DNA from: Bigelowiella natans CCMP2755
Taxonomy: Eukaryota > Protista > Cercozoa
Direction of reading: 5' to 3'
NCBI GenBank assembly: GCA_000320545.1
Contig: ADNK01002462.1
Span: 1-48,334, forward strand
DNA: 48,334 bases
Shown: piece after piece, positions 14,634-27,803 of the stretch
Numbering within the stretch: position 1 is the stretch's first letter
Layout of the letters: each line of letters starts with the position of its first letter
Program-made: the position numbers and the translations under genes
Notes under the pieces: generated by a model
What the model was told of the DNA's origin: nothing
Database searches by the model: none
What the model saw: only the letters and a program-made list of their open reading frames with translations

Positions 14634-15779
14634 ATGCCCCCCCTTCCTGAGCAACCTTTGCCTCCTGAACAGAAAAAGAAAAATACTGAAAGCGACGAGA
14701 CCAAAGCAGAAAAACCTTCCTCGAGCAATCTCTTTGAGGACAACGTGAAAGTTTCAGAGAGCAAAGACTCTAAGATTGACATTCCACCCGAACCGGAGAA
14801 GAAATATGAATGTAAGCGTACTTTGATTGAAATTGTGGAAATTCTGTCGAAAGAGGGAAATATGCTAGCTGATCATGGAAGATTACTTCCAACCTAATTC
14901 CTGATAATATCAGATCTCGACCACATTGCAGATATAAAATTTCACTCATGTAAGGAATATATTATCTGATAGAGCTGCAAATCATAACTATACATACGCA
15001 ACCCACTTCTTATTAAGGGGGCAAAGATTTGAAGGAAGCACTGGAGCAGATGGTCATCTGCATGTTTAGCTACATGACTGAACTGGATGAAGTCGAAATT
15101 GACGATGAAGTTCTGTCAACTGTCAATGTTAAAGGTGAAATATTCGAGCCACATCTACATGGAATATTTCTCTCTCTTTCTCTCCACGCTACATAAATGC
15201 ATAGGCATTCGCATATATGCATATATAAAAATATATAGAACACATTCGTTATCCATAATAATGTGTGTGAATGAAATTGCAGATGGAACTATTATTTCAA
15301 ATGATAAACTGTTTAAGTTTTTTCTAGTATCAGCTGACAAATATGATTTGCTTCTCTTACTCATTAGGCCACGATGAGGAGTCGATGGTTTTTTCTTTGT
15401 TAGATGAATTCTTATATAATTTCTCTGTTGAAGAGGTTGTCTGCAAGAGGTGCCGCGTCAAGAAAATAGATGTAAAGAATTGGAGCATCGAAGCTATCGG
15501 GTTCTTCCTCTCTTTTCTCTCCCTTTCCTTCAATGTGCTTGAGCATGCGAATTTGAAAGAGGGAGGAAGATAATAATCGCATTCCGAGATCGATCCTTCC
15601 ATATTCTTTTTGTTCTCAAATTATCATTAATTTTCCTTCCTCCCGATTGCAGGTTCGGAGAAAAGTTTTCTCTCGCTAAGCATCCTCAGGGAACAGAGAT
15701 CAAAGCAATTACTAAGCATGATATGAAGATTGTTAGGAAGGAGTCCAGCATTCATGTTTATGTAGTCGTTGACATATGA
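14634..15779 (+). CDS. ZBTB8OS: Protein archease (RtcB tRNA-ligase activator), 5 exons, with a low-complexity N-terminal extension
   Basis: Spliced protein: KKYE|YLDHIADIKFHS|WGKDLKEALEQMVICMFSYMT..|GHDEESMVFSLLDEFLYNFS..IEAI|GFGEKFSLAKHPQGTEIKAITKHDM..YVVVDI*. This is the eukaryotic archease signature throughout. Confidence 0.93.
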
Positions 15780-16172
15780 CATCATCAATAATGGGGTATC
15801 GTGATGAGAATGATCATATCATAGTTATGTTACGTACGTTCTCCTTGATTATAATTCACCTATCTAAGCACATTATATTCATGTCCAGATGTGTCTTGCG
15901 CTGGCACAATTTATGCGCTAGCTGGCATATCTGTGTGCCATAGCGAAAATGGACTATGATCGATACGATGTGATCGAGGTCAAAATATATAGCTTGAACT
16001 ATGTGTTCAACTGTGCATCCTGTAGCGCACGTCGATTTCGAATCGCACATTGCACAGCCGAGTGGATTGTCAACAACTTATAGCAACAACATGGACAATG
16101 GTAGTCTAGCAATCTAGAGAGGGATACATATTTCAAGCCTTCATACTTCAAGATATGATGCTCTCCAATTCA

Positions 16173-16207
<35 letters not shown>

Positions 16208-16390
16208 CCTCTCTCGTATTAAATGAAAGTAGAAGCTCATGCTATGGCATAGAGGCTTAGCTCCAAATGAAGATGCAAGATGTATAGCTAGCTGCACATT
16301 TGAATGTGTGCATGATGTTCGATCTAGAGGAAACTATGTATATATATCATGCATATGTATATATTTTGCATGTATATCTAATTTATATAG

Positions 16391-16444
<54 letters not shown>

Positions 16445-16462
16445 CATGTATAATATGTAGTC

Positions 16463-16531
16463 GCAACTTTGCAAAGCTATATTAGGATGACAAATGAAAA
16501 AATTTCACACATTCATTACATCCGTCTCACA
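16463..16531 (+). repeat. Partial copy of the 5.1-5.7 kb repeat arm
   Basis: gcaactttgcaaagcta..TTAGGATGAC..TTCATTACATCCGTCTCA matches ~5611-5684 and the reverse complement of 5206-5255. Confidence 0.7.
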
Positions 16532-16599
16532 ATAATACACTTACTCATTAGTTTAACATGATGTTGTAGAAGAGCCCATGCCGTATGTTAGTCGCATCG

Positions 16600-17430
16600 T
16601 AGCGGTATCCGAGTAAAGAATGAACGAGCATCTTTTCATGATCACGCCCTTCCACAGCTCGACGTTTATTCGCCAGAAATGGCAAACCTTGGTGTATGTG
16701 AAGAGGAATCGAACCTCAAGCTTACCGCGAGGAACTAGCCCTTACATCTGGGCGCGTATCTCACGGAGCCTCCAAGCACACAATTACTTCGCTTTGATGA
16801 TTCTCTGATCCTAATTTCAAATTGCAGGTCGAGACCTGAAGCTATGATCTGTGTTCCTTGGACTAAAAGCACACAAGCAAAGCCTCAGCCATCGAGTATC
16901 GGTCAATATACGAAAGCCGACGCCACCAGTAGTCAATAGCACTAACAATTCATCTCAAATCTTCCGGCTAAGGGTGCATAGGAATAAAGGGCACATCCCT
17001 CGTAATACGTTAGGAGTATTGCAACTCTAGTTACTGGGATCTAAAATGAAATGTACTTTCGGCCCATTCCCTCGCTTCCCTCGCAACGTCGTCGTCGACA
17101 AAAGAAGCCGTTTCCGTCGATCTCTGGGGTGTGGGAAGTACGGCTTCTTTCGTGCTCTGATTTGCATGGGGTATCGGCCCCCTTGAAGAGCTGGCCTTCT
17201 CTTGGATCCCCCCCTCTTCTCGAAAGTACCCCATATTTCAGCAGCTCTGTTTGCATCATCGCGACAACATTTTCAGCCATTTTACCGGTACATTTATCGG
17301 GGAGTTTCGTTTAACAAATACGAGTTCTCTCTCCTGGCAACTTTTCTCAGAGACAAACGTCTTCTTTTTGTTGAGAGATAGTTTTCTTTGTCGCAGCAGC
17401 TCTCAAGGCAGGTAGGTGGTGCTGAACCCT
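16600..17430 (-). CDS. Possible short multi-exon hypothetical gene; frame unresolved
   Basis: Coding-like GC-richer segments with several candidate GT/AG sites. All three minus-strand frames are open over ~17055-17235. No recognisable domain. Confidence 0.3.
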
Positions 17431-18139
17431 AATGTCGCTGTATATGCTGATAAAGTTGCAAGTATGGCCTGCACTAAGCGCAGGGTTTGGCGCATTTTTC
17501 AAGTCGTATCTGATTTTAAAGCGCATCGAAACGAATTATTATTGTGTCGGTATCCAAATCGGAAAAAACAGAAATAAGAGATTGTACCCTACGTCAAGCA
17601 ACTGTCCTGAGTTTTCCTGGTAAAATCACCTACATAGAAGTACGGTATAGGCCCCGAAGGGGAACTTCAGGTAGCATCCTTATCTCTTCGATGCACCCAA
17701 GAGCTACGCATCGGGCATACGCTATCAATCGGCCAATTAATCTATATTTATCCCGATCTCATCTATTTTTCTCGGAAATCCTGAGGAAATGTCGTGTCTT
17801 CGTATTTTTTTGGCATAAGTAGGGCCCTGCAACGCGTTTCCAGTGTTACTGCTACCTTGGAACTGACATCTCTAAAATCAAATAAGAACTCAGCCACAAA
17901 AACCCCTCCCTAATTTGTACATTAATTTGAATAAATATGGAAACGAAGGCGAATTTAGTAGTAATACAGCGAAATTCTCAAATTATATGAAAAATAGTAA
18001 TTGAATACGAGCCTCGTTGGCGCACACATACCGCTGGTATATTTGGTTCGGAAGTAATCCCTCTCCACACAAATAACACATCTCTCCTCCACCCCCCTCA
18101 ACGAGACCACTTCTCATCTCACACCACACTGCAGTTGCC

Positions 18140-19633
18140 ATGTCTATCCCAGGCAGGCAAGCAGTTAAACTCTGCACAAAGAATCTGACCAAGCTTGGAA
18201 AGAAGACCCAGGTGTCTCTCCCCGTATTCAATCGCGAAGGTGTTAGTCCTGGAATAGTACATCTGGGAGTCGGTGGTTTCCATCGATCTCACCAGGCTGT
18301 CTACACAGCCAAGGCCCTTACGCAAGACCCAAGTTGGGGAATATGCGGAGTTGGCTTGGTTCCCGCTGATAAGAAAATGGAGGATGCGCTTGCTTCGCAG
18401 GATCATCTCTACACCCTCTTAACCAAGAATTCCAAGTCCACAGAAATAGAGGTAATTGGCAGCATTGTCGACTATCTGTATAATGGGGAGGGCGCCCGTA
18501 CCTACGATGTTATGAAGAAACTCGCCCACGAAGACACTAAGATTGTAAGTTTGACCGTGACAGAGAAAGCTTACATGATTGATGACTCAACGGGGGATCT
18601 AGATGAGTCTCACCCACTCATCCAACACGATCTAGAAAACTTTCTCACACCAAAGACTCCCATCGGATACGTTGTGGCAGGCCTTCGCCTGCGAATGTTC
18701 AAAAATATGCCGGCATTTACAGTACTTTCATGCGACAACCTTCCGATGAACGGCGAGCTTACGGAGAAAGCTGTCCTGCAATATGCAGAAAAGATCGATT
18801 CAAACCTTGCTGCTTGGATCCGTGAAAATACTGCTTTCCCCAGCACTATGGTCGATCGAATCACACCAGCCACCACCGCCGAGGATATCGCCCTCATCAA
18901 GGAAAACTACGGAATTGAAGATGCTTGGCCAGTCTGCGCCGAAGATTACACTCAGTGGGTAATCGAGGACAACTTCCCTTCAGGCCGTCCTGCGTGGGAA
19001 GCCTTTGGAGCACTCTTGGTCGAAGATGTCAAGCCCTACGAGCTCATGAAGCTCCGTCTCCTTAACGGAAGCCATTCCGCCCTTGCATATCTCTCCTACC
19101 TTGCCGGTCATCGCAGGGTACACGAGGCCATGCAGAATGATGACGTCTTCCAGTTCATGATCAACTACATGGAAACCATCACGCCGACCGTGCCAGAAGT
19201 GCCCGGTGTCGACCTTAACGCCTACAAGGGCATACTGCGTGAGCGATTCTCCAACCCCAACATCTCTGACCAGGTGTCCCGCCTCGCTGAGGACGGTTCC
19301 AAGAAGATCGTCAGCTTCGTTCGGGATGCAACGGAGGAACTCCTTGCGGAAGGCCAGCCCACTAAGCACGTAGCTGGAGCAGTGGCAGGCTGGATTCGCT
19401 ACTCCCAAGGAATGGACATGAAGGGAGAGCCGATTCACATTCAAGACCCGAAAGCGGAGGAGCTCAAGCACTTCGCTCATCGAGTGAAGGGAGAAGGAGT
19501 CGGGCCTTTCCTGAGCAACTTCATGGGCGACAAAGTAGCAAGCTCTGAGAAGTTCTCAGCTGAAGTTACCGACTTCGTATCGCGAATTGAAAGCGAGGGG
19601 CCAAAAGCTGTGCTGAAATCCCTCGCTGAATAA
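18140..19633 (+). CDS. Mannitol 2-dehydrogenase (long-chain polyol-specific dehydrogenase family), intronless, 497 aa
   Basis: IVHLGVGGFHRSHQA Rossmann motif, IVSLTVTEKAY, FTVLSCDNL, FPSTMVDRITP, QWVIEDNF, KLRLLNGSHS (catalytic Lys/Asn/His), RFSNPNISDQVSRL. Confidence 0.95.
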   Translation: MSIPGRQAVKLCTKNLTKLGKKTQVSLPVFNREGVSPGIVHLGVGGFHRSHQAVYTAKALTQDPSWGICGVGLVPADKKMEDALASQDHLYTLLTKNSKSTEIEVIGSIVDYLYNGEGARTYDVMKKLAHEDTKIVSLTVTEKAYMIDDSTGDLDESHPLIQHDLENFLTPKTPIGYVVAGLRLRMFKNMPAFTVLSCDNLPMNGELTEKAVLQYAEKIDSNLAAWIRENTAFPSTMVDRITPATTAEDIALIKENYGIEDAWPVCAEDYTQWVIEDNFPSGRPAWEAFGALLVEDVKPYELMKLRLLNGSHSALAYLSYLAGHRRVHEAMQNDDVFQFMINYMETITPTVPEVPGVDLNAYKGILRERFSNPNISDQVSRLAEDGSKKIVSFVRDATEELLAEGQPTKHVAGAVAGWIRYSQGMDMKGEPIHIQDPKAEELKHFAHRVKGEGVGPFLSNFMGDKVASSEKFSAEVTDFVSRIESEGPKAVLKSLAE

Positions 19634-20538
19634 CTTGCTGTACTCCCCAATGAAACTTGAAACCAGAACCCAATGCCATTAACAACCATAAGCACCCACG
19701 CACCCTAGTCATTAGCGTATTAAAAGAAATCGACCAATGGTCAGTATTGACAGCCTCGAATTTTTAAGAGGCGCATACACCACATGTAAAGGATCACAGC
19801 AATATAGCTTGTCTTATTAACAAAATGAACAACCTTAACTGAATAACACCTTACTGATAAGTTGCTTTTTATCAAGCATCCAGTCAATTATATGACGATA
19901 TCTATCAAAATCTCCTCATTTCTGTTGCCACATATGTGTACATGGCAATAAATGTCCGTGAGCGCGCGCCAGTGCGATGCGATGCGCTGCAACCAAAGTT
20001 ACTTAGCTTAAATATACAACTTTCAGTAGTCAGTCTTTAGTCTTTAGCATAAGGCACTTATCTTCATAGATTGCCTGTAGCTGCTGTGTACATGTGTCGA
20101 ATCATGACTGTTGTGATTGCGTATTGTGCGTCTGCTCTATATCTGCAGTACGACGGATAATACGGATCAATCGAAGCGACGCTCGATATCGTGCGTATAT
20201 GCATAAATACAGCGCTCGATCAATGCATTAGATATTCTAAGCATGCTAGCTAGCATGCAATGACTTCATGTAATTCCTATTATACTATACATGCATATTG
20301 CATGGCCGCCTCTGACCTGACGATCGATTGCGAAGCATCGTCGTTGTGCTCCAACAGTCAGCGAAGCGTGTATGCTTATGACTTATCTCATATATCAGGC
20401 TATTTTACATTAATAAAGCTCTATACTCTATTACTCTCCATCAGGACTTATTTTCCTATCACATCAATCTCTCCGATATTTAGCGCCGCGAGCATTGTAT
20501 GTACAGGCACTACAGCCAGCACACATACACAGCAACAG

Positions 20539-20589
20539 TAAGATGACCATTAATGAAATGTAATTTTTGTTTCATTAATCCGTCTTATA
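20539..20589 (+). repeat. Partial copy of the 5.1-5.7 kb repeat arm
   Basis: taaGATGACCATT..TTTCATTAATCCGTCTtata is similar to the reverse complement of 5203-5252 (GGATGACCATT..TTTCATTACATCCGTCTCATA). Confidence 0.6.
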
Positions 20590-20590
20590 A

Positions 20591-20644
<54 letters not shown>

Positions 20645-21005
20645 ATATATATATAAATATACATAAATATATACATAATGCTGTGACTAGATAGCATGAT
20701 CAATTTATTTAATTTTACAGAACGAATTTATTATCTATGTATTATTAAATAAATGCAAACAGGCTTGCTTGATTTGAGTCATCTTCTCGTCGCCGTTTTC
20801 GTCCGCTGAAGGCGATTAATTCTATGTCCCGCTGCATTTTAATACCTTCCAAAAATGCCCCTGCTGCGGATAAATCATCCCCAATGGTTAAAACGAGGAG
20901 GAAGGCATAGCGCGACAGCATTTTCTGATTCCTCATATCTTACTGCAAAAAGAGATGCGTAACTCCTGCACCCGAAAGGGAGGAATAACGAGCGAAAAGG
21001 CAGCC

Positions 21006-21300
21006 TCATTTCACTTCGTCCAAATGAACGTTTGACCAATAGCCTTTCCCGTAGGAAACGAAGATTTCTTCCTCTGCTTTGATGTCCCTCAACGCCTTCA
21101 GAAAGCATCTATCCCCTCCCGCACAGGAGTCGAATTTCACGACGAACTTCGCGTTCTGCCCCGCGAAGTCCTTCCCATCGTTGGCCATTTGAGCAGCACC
21201 TGCAACCAATCAATCAAGGCGGCGTTAAGAAGAGTGTCAAGCATTATCAATCATGTCAATCATCGCTCATCCCCATCTTTGCCTTCATCCATTGTGTGTG

Positions 21301-21347
<47 letters not shown>

Positions 21348-22777
21348 TATATCATTATCATCGGCATTTCGAGACATACATGAGATACATCAGAGTACTA
21401 CTACTACTACTTCTTCTCCTACTTCTACTTCCTGTTACTACCACTACTACAACTGCTACTACTGCTGCTGCTGCTGATATTCGAAACCTTGTCCCATCTG
21501 CGGAAACCTATCTCCGTTCAAGAAGTGATCGTAGTTGAGCCCCTTTATGTGCGTGGCCTTGCCCTTCCTCCTTAGCTCCATCGCCTGCTCACGGTTGATG
21601 GAAACGCCACTGTACTCGGTGATGAGATGGTTCTTCTTGATGTCCCACTGTGCGAACAGCCCTCGGTTTTTCCTGCTCGTGTGTGGCAAGGTCGTCCTCT
21701 TCACCTCAACCCCGTACCCGAGTTTGTAGCACTGGACGGCGGCACATATATCAGTGAAGAAGCAGAAACAGATGATACGGTTGTTGTGAGTAGTGAGTGA
21801 GTGAGTGAGCGAGTGGCTTTGTGCGTGCGTGCGTGTGTGTGTCTGATCGATGCCGTCAGGACTTTTCTTGTGAGGTTGATTTTGCGCATCACTGTTATCG
21901 TCATCATCATCATCATCATTATTGTCCATCATCATAGTAATCAAAATCGTCATCATCATTCGCCTGACGCACGTTGAATTTGCCTTGCTTCTCGATAAGC
22001 TGCGCCCCTCCTCTTAACGAGTTGTCGAGGGTTATTCCCATGGACATGAGGCACTGTAACAACACAGAAGGAAGCTTCGACTTTAGCGTCGTTAGCTTGG
22101 GACAACAAGGTGTTGTCCTTGCGCAACACCACCACCACCAGCAGCAGCAGCAGGAGGGGAATCATCGATAGTGTGACTTTCCCCCTGCTACAACGCAACA
22201 ACACGGCATTTGGCAGTTGTTGTCGCTTGAAACGCACCTAGAATTTACGGAACGCCTACCCTCCTCCTCCAACCCCCTCCCCCCCCTCCTCCTACGTGTA
22301 CTCTATTACTAGTTCTAGCACGGAGACGAGTAGTAGTAGTAGTAGTGTATCACCTGGTAATCTGCTCCAGTTTTTGTGCTCTCCTTCCTGTTGCGGCCTC
22401 TCGCAGGCAAATGGCGCAATGGCTTGCTAACGGGGGTTTTCCTTCGTTTCTTCGGTTTAGACCTACAGCAGGTAATTGTTGTGTCTCGGCAAAGTAAGCA
22501 GGAAGGCGCTGATGATGATGATGATGATGATGATTAGAAAAATGGTTTTTTCAATAGGCTTCGAGTGCTGGTGGGATTGTATTTGATGTCGCAGTGCGGT
22601 TGCTGGCTTTACTGTTTGCTTGAGGAGGACTTTCTGCTGGTAGTGTTGCTTTCTGTTCTCCCACGCCTTGCAGCTGCCTCTGCAAATTGGGCTGTAATAA
22701 ACAAGATTATAAATAAAATAAGAAGATAGTATAATATCGACATGTGTGGTGTGTATTACTACCGAGTGTGACACACA

Positions 22778-22822
<45 letters not shown>

Positions 22823-23680
22823 CGATGATATGTAGAGAAAAGAAGAAATGTGGAGAGATCATTGTACACACGTATCCACTGCCATATATGCACGTTTCAA
22901 ATTGGTTTTTCATCATATCATATAATGTCATATCATATCATCACCTTCTCTTCGCCGAGTACTCCCCCGAGTCATCCTCTTGCTTTTGTCTCCACCCCAA
23001 AGAAACAGGCTTTCCTTCGCTTCCTTCAATGTAAATTTAAATATCTTCTTTGTGTCTATGTCAAAAACCACCTCGAGTTTTTTTGCCTTAACCCATCTCA
23101 CAGTGCCGATTCCATTTATCTTGCATTCAACAGTTGCTCCAGGAGGAAAACCCCATTTCTCTGCTTTCTTCGTCCTCTGTTCATGGAGTTCCTCTTCTAT
23201 TTCCTCACGCGATCTTGGCTTCTTAATGCTATGAGGACCTTGAATACTTTGGCTCCGTGTGCGTCGACGCGGGGGGGGGAAGTTGAGCAGCTCTGCAGGT
23301 ATCATTTCTTGCACCCCGGATAAGGCCCCACTGCCTTTGTTTCGTTTAGCTGCTCTGCGTTTTCCCCCGTTGGTCTTTCTACCGGAAGCTGAATTTGTCG
23401 CAAGGCGGCTGTTGATCGCCCTCCTTGCGCTTGGTTCTTCAAGCTTTGGCGAGGGGGAAGGAGTGCTGCCATCCATCAGCCTAACAGCAGGAGCTACCAT
23501 CTTCCTTTTCCTAGATTTAATCGCAACATTCTTCGAAACCTTTTTCCCAACAGGCTTCTTCCCCTTCCTTCTCCCAGTCTTTGCTGTCATCGCAGGCATC
23601 CCCATTGCAGATTGGCGGGACACGAGCGGAGCACAGCCGGGTATACGAACTAATTCTAAATATCTACTGGATAAGGGCAT
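21006..23680 (-). CDS. SET-domain lysine methyltransferase with a basic N-terminus and a Tudor/SH3-like module; start uncertain
   Basis: C-terminal exons give GVEVKRTTLP..RGLFAQWDIKKNHLITEYSG..|GAAQMANDG..NAKF..LKALRDIKAEEEIFVSYGKGYW, which are the SET motifs GLFA, EYxG, N(H/D) and EEIxxxYGxxYW. The upstream exon has FPPGATVECKINGIGTVRWVKAKKLEVVFD (Tudor-like) and Lys/Arg-rich tracts. Confidence 0.85.
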
Positions 23681-24667
23681 ATGTACCAGGATATATTCTC
23701 TCCGACAAGGAAACTTATTCTTCAAGTGTTCAAAAAGAGTTGCATTTATCGAAGCTACAAACTAATATCCGAACCGCAAAGAACTGAAATTCTCTTGTGA
23801 TACAGTGCTGATAGTTGTCGTAGACGTTGGATGCTCTGACATTGAAGATTGCATGGGTTTGGCTTCCGTTTTTGTTTTTGGGCTCCGAGAATAATTCTGC
23901 GACAGGTTGGCACGTGTAAGAATTTTCTTCATCAAAACATCTGAGGCTTGCGTCATGAAGAGCAAAAAAGAGGTCATGTGCCTCAAAATATTTTAAGGCA
24001 TAGATTTTGTATAAAATGTAACATTTAAGAATTTTATTATTAAATTATCACTATATTTCCAAAAAAAACTAGCTTTTAGAAATTATGAAGGATAATATTG
24101 TTTCCACTACTTAACTATATTGCTCTGCTAAGTAGCTGAATTATGAACATGACGTTCGTGCATATTCACTGAGAATGAATGAAAATAGCCTCTATTTCGT
24201 ATTCTGATTGTTGAGTTCTCATTGATGAAACGTAACCTATTTTTCAACTAATTTGATCGATCGAAGGACTATCTCTAGAATTAGCATGCTCAATTTCTAC
24301 GAATATAAATTAGAATATATATTTACACTGCGACAATTTATTATACGTCAGTTCTCCTCATAAACGATAACAGTAATTTATCGGTGATTGAGAAATACCT
24401 TAACAGCAACCAGGATGGTGAAATTTCCAGCAAAAGTCTTTTCAAACTAGCTACCTTTTAATTTGGACTGAATGAGCGTCAATTTATGACAAACGACGTG
24501 CTAATAATATTGTCGATATTCAGCTACTCAGGACATTTTGTAAAACCAAGACTCTTCTTTGACGCAGGGTGCTTTGAGGGACTTCCTGCTCCTGCCCATT
24601 CTCCACCTGCAACTTGTGCGGCTAGGGGCCTCCAAATCACTTCTTCAATCATAACTCTCTTCTTAGT

Positions 24668-26693
24668 ATGGAGGAAAAATGTTCTACATTTTCCTCTGAG
24701 CTAGAAACGTTAGAACATAAAAAGGACGAAAATTTCATAGAGAGTGAAGTCGGTAGAGGGGGCACCAACGGCAATAAGAGGGCGGATTTAAAGAAAAATA
24801 CAGATGTGGATGACAGTTCTGTAAGAGAAGTACAAAGGGTCATGTCAATGACAAGCCTGCGAGGATATGGCTCGGAACGGATAATGAGATCAGCATCAAT
24901 GCACCCCCAGACATTGTCAAGGGATTTCGCGATGCCTCAAGGCGTGTCCTTTACTTCCACTCCACCGATTTTCGGAAAATATCAACCTCGCCAAGTCTAC
25001 CGAAATATATCTGTAGGGGGTAAATCAAATATTTAAATTTAACGATAAATTTTTAATAATTGCATTTTGTTGAAGGCCTTGATGATATTGGATTTCCCAT
25101 TCATGGGCGCGCTCCGACGTTTAAGGAAGGTGATCACCGTGATGCAACTTTTCGATTAACCATGCTCTCTTTATTCACGTTTACATGGCATTCAAACCAA
25201 TTTAATTTATCGAGCAGGGAAAGAGCCTCCACAACCACCCGGTGGATACCTGGAGAAGTCGACAACCTTCTACACCGAAATCACCCCTGAAAAATCCATG
25301 TTCAAGATCAGAAATATTCTCGAGGACATGGAAGTTGATTACTCTGAGGACGGAGAAAAGTTCAAATTTAAATGCGAGACGTATCCGAAGGGATCAAGAC
25401 TTCCTTTCAACATTCGAATCTTCTCCCATACAGGAAAATATGCTGTGGAGATTCAACGAAGAGCGGTAATCCTTAAAAACAGATGCGTAAATAATTGTGT
25501 GTTCAGAAACTGTGGTTGGTTGTGTGGTGACCATGGTAACTGTTGAGATCAATGGATATTCTAGCAAATTGTAAAGTTTCATATTCTTCGTTTTCCTACA
25601 CATGTAGGGAGACTGCATGGCTTTCGCAAGATTGTATGATAGCCTAATGCAAAGATTTGCTGAAGCTGGCTTATGCGAAGAAGCTTTCAAATCTCTCGTT
25701 AATCAAGAAGTAGCCTCTATCCCTAGCATGATTCCAAGTATGACTAGAGCGGTTATACCAAAGATGAAGAGAGAGAATGATGACTTTGAGATTGATGAAG
25801 ATGCAATCGAGGTTGAGTCATCAATTAATCCCCTATTGCAGGTAATGGTCATTCAACATAATCTGTAAGGGTTTTCAATTTCTGATGAAATTCTCTTTAT
25901 TAGATGGCAAAATCTGAATTTGTGGATGTTCAAGTCAACGCTGTAAGTGCAATATCTGAACTGTCAAGAGGTACTCTTTTCGAAGCACGAGTTCTTCGTT
26001 TTTGAAAGAAAAATCAATCTTTTCCTGTATAGGCAATGCCGTGTCCAAATGGATCGGCAAAAACATGGAAACCCACGTCAAGCTCTTTGAGGCTCTCTTG
26101 TGTGCGGATGTACAGGATGTTTACCGAGCTGCAGCAACTACAGTCGCTAATTTAGCCAAAGACAAAGGTTATTGTACCTGCCATTTATGATTCAAAGTTA
26201 AGATTGTAACCATATTTATCTGTGTCGTCTCTAACACTCTCCCCTAACACCCTTTACTAATAATATTAGGAAATGGGGGGATGATTTTTTTTTTTCGTGA
26301 ATCAGAATATTGTTCTTGAAATCAAATACGATGTACCTTATTTCTAACAAATAAAGCTTGATATAATGTTAAGTTTTATGCTAAAATCAGGTGTATGTAC
26401 TGTTCTTAACAAGTCTAAATGTGTCAAATCCCTTGTCCGACTCCTCAAATCATCAAACGCTCAAGTCGTCCGCGAATCATCAAGAGCCCTAAAGAACATA
26501 GGATCTTTCCGTATGTCTGCAAACTAAACGATACTTTTTCTTTCTCATTTAATTTGATCTTGATATGTCAGTGGGGAACGAGATGTCTGTATCAACGGAA
26601 GAGATTTACAACTTGGTCAAGTCCAAAGACTCCAGAACTAGAAAACACGGCGAAGCTCTTCAAGAGTCAGTGCGATTCGCCACCGCAAACTGA
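24668..26693 (+). CDS. Protein with a KA1-like domain followed by armadillo-type repeats, 8 exons
   Basis: TTFYTEITPEKSMFKIRNILEDMEVDY..FKFKCE..FNIRIF..YAVEIQRRA|GDCMAFARLYDSL matches the KA1-like pattern (VEFQRRxGDxxxF). Helical repeats follow: VQVNAVSAISELS, VYRAAATTVANLA, LVRLLKSSNAQVVRESSRALKNI. Stop at 26691-26693. Confidence 0.7.
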
Positions 26694-27803
26694 AGCATGT
26701 ACAATATTCTGTTGCTTTAGCACCGGCCTAATAAGGGCATCAAAAGTCCTCTTCTAGCTTTTGCTGGAGATGTCAGCACTTTGCACAGCTTTTGTTTAAA
26801 TCTCAATTTAATATATTAGTTGGGATTCACTGATAGTACTAATATTTTAACCATGTGCATGCACATGCCGAATAACTCGCACGGTTGCCTGCCACGATGC
26901 TACACACATGTCTAGCTATAGATGTGTGCGTGCTGTCCGTGCGTGACACTCTACATCTAGACGTATCGTACAACACTGTTATCAAACATTTCTAGCTTTA
27001 GCATGCTTCAAATCTATATCTAATATGGGTTCATCACATCAGTTACATACTAGCATAGTTATTTAGCAACTCTACGTCATGCATGGCTTGTTACTATTAT
27101 ACTAGATTACACAAGCTTGGCTCTACATGTCTAGACGCGTAGCAGGCCACTTACACTTCTAGACGGCTGTTGATGCGACACGCTTGCACTAATGCATGCG
27201 ATGCACGCTAGCACGGCTCGTGTGTCGTATACGTAGCAATTACATTTAGTACTATGTATTTCACGTATACTAGTACACATTGTGTCTATTGTGTAGCATT
27301 CGATCTAATCATTATTAGCATATGCATAGCATGTCGCAGCCAGCTCTAGCATGGCGGATACATGCAGACCTAGATATGAATAGATGTTATTCGATCATTA
27401 GTTGCCATTTTTAGCAAGTATAGACAAGGACTAATAATGCTATTATAATACTAGGATAATCACTTGTGCATGTTCACAAGTTAATCATATATAACATGGA
27501 ATAAGTTTTAAATTTTAGGAGGATTTAAGCTTCCTACAATATGTCTGGACGTACTACGATGCTCATATCTCTAGAGCTTGCATGCGTAACATTTTCTCTA
27601 ACTTCTTGTTTTCGCGTGCTGGCGATTCCAAAATACTGTGAACAAGTAAGATGATGTTATGGACATGAAGATTGGAGTCCATGCAATAAATATATTCGAA
27701 ACCTAGGACTCGGTCGAATCCTGAAACAATTTTTTGCTAATAACCTGGAGATACTAAGATCTCCCCGAGGCCCGGAACTTATTTCCGTAATTGCCTTCCT
27801 ACA

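Noticed and set aside
16694-16782. tRNA-like element on the minus strand (GAGG-TTCGATT-CCTC T-arm, partial acceptor pairing)
   Set aside because: There is no canonical D-arm/A-box or 7-nt anticodon loop. It is probably chance or a very degenerate relic; tRNAscan-SE would settle it.
18119-19695. Antisense ORFs over the mannitol dehydrogenase gene
   Set aside because: Shadow ORFs caused by codon bias of the real gene.
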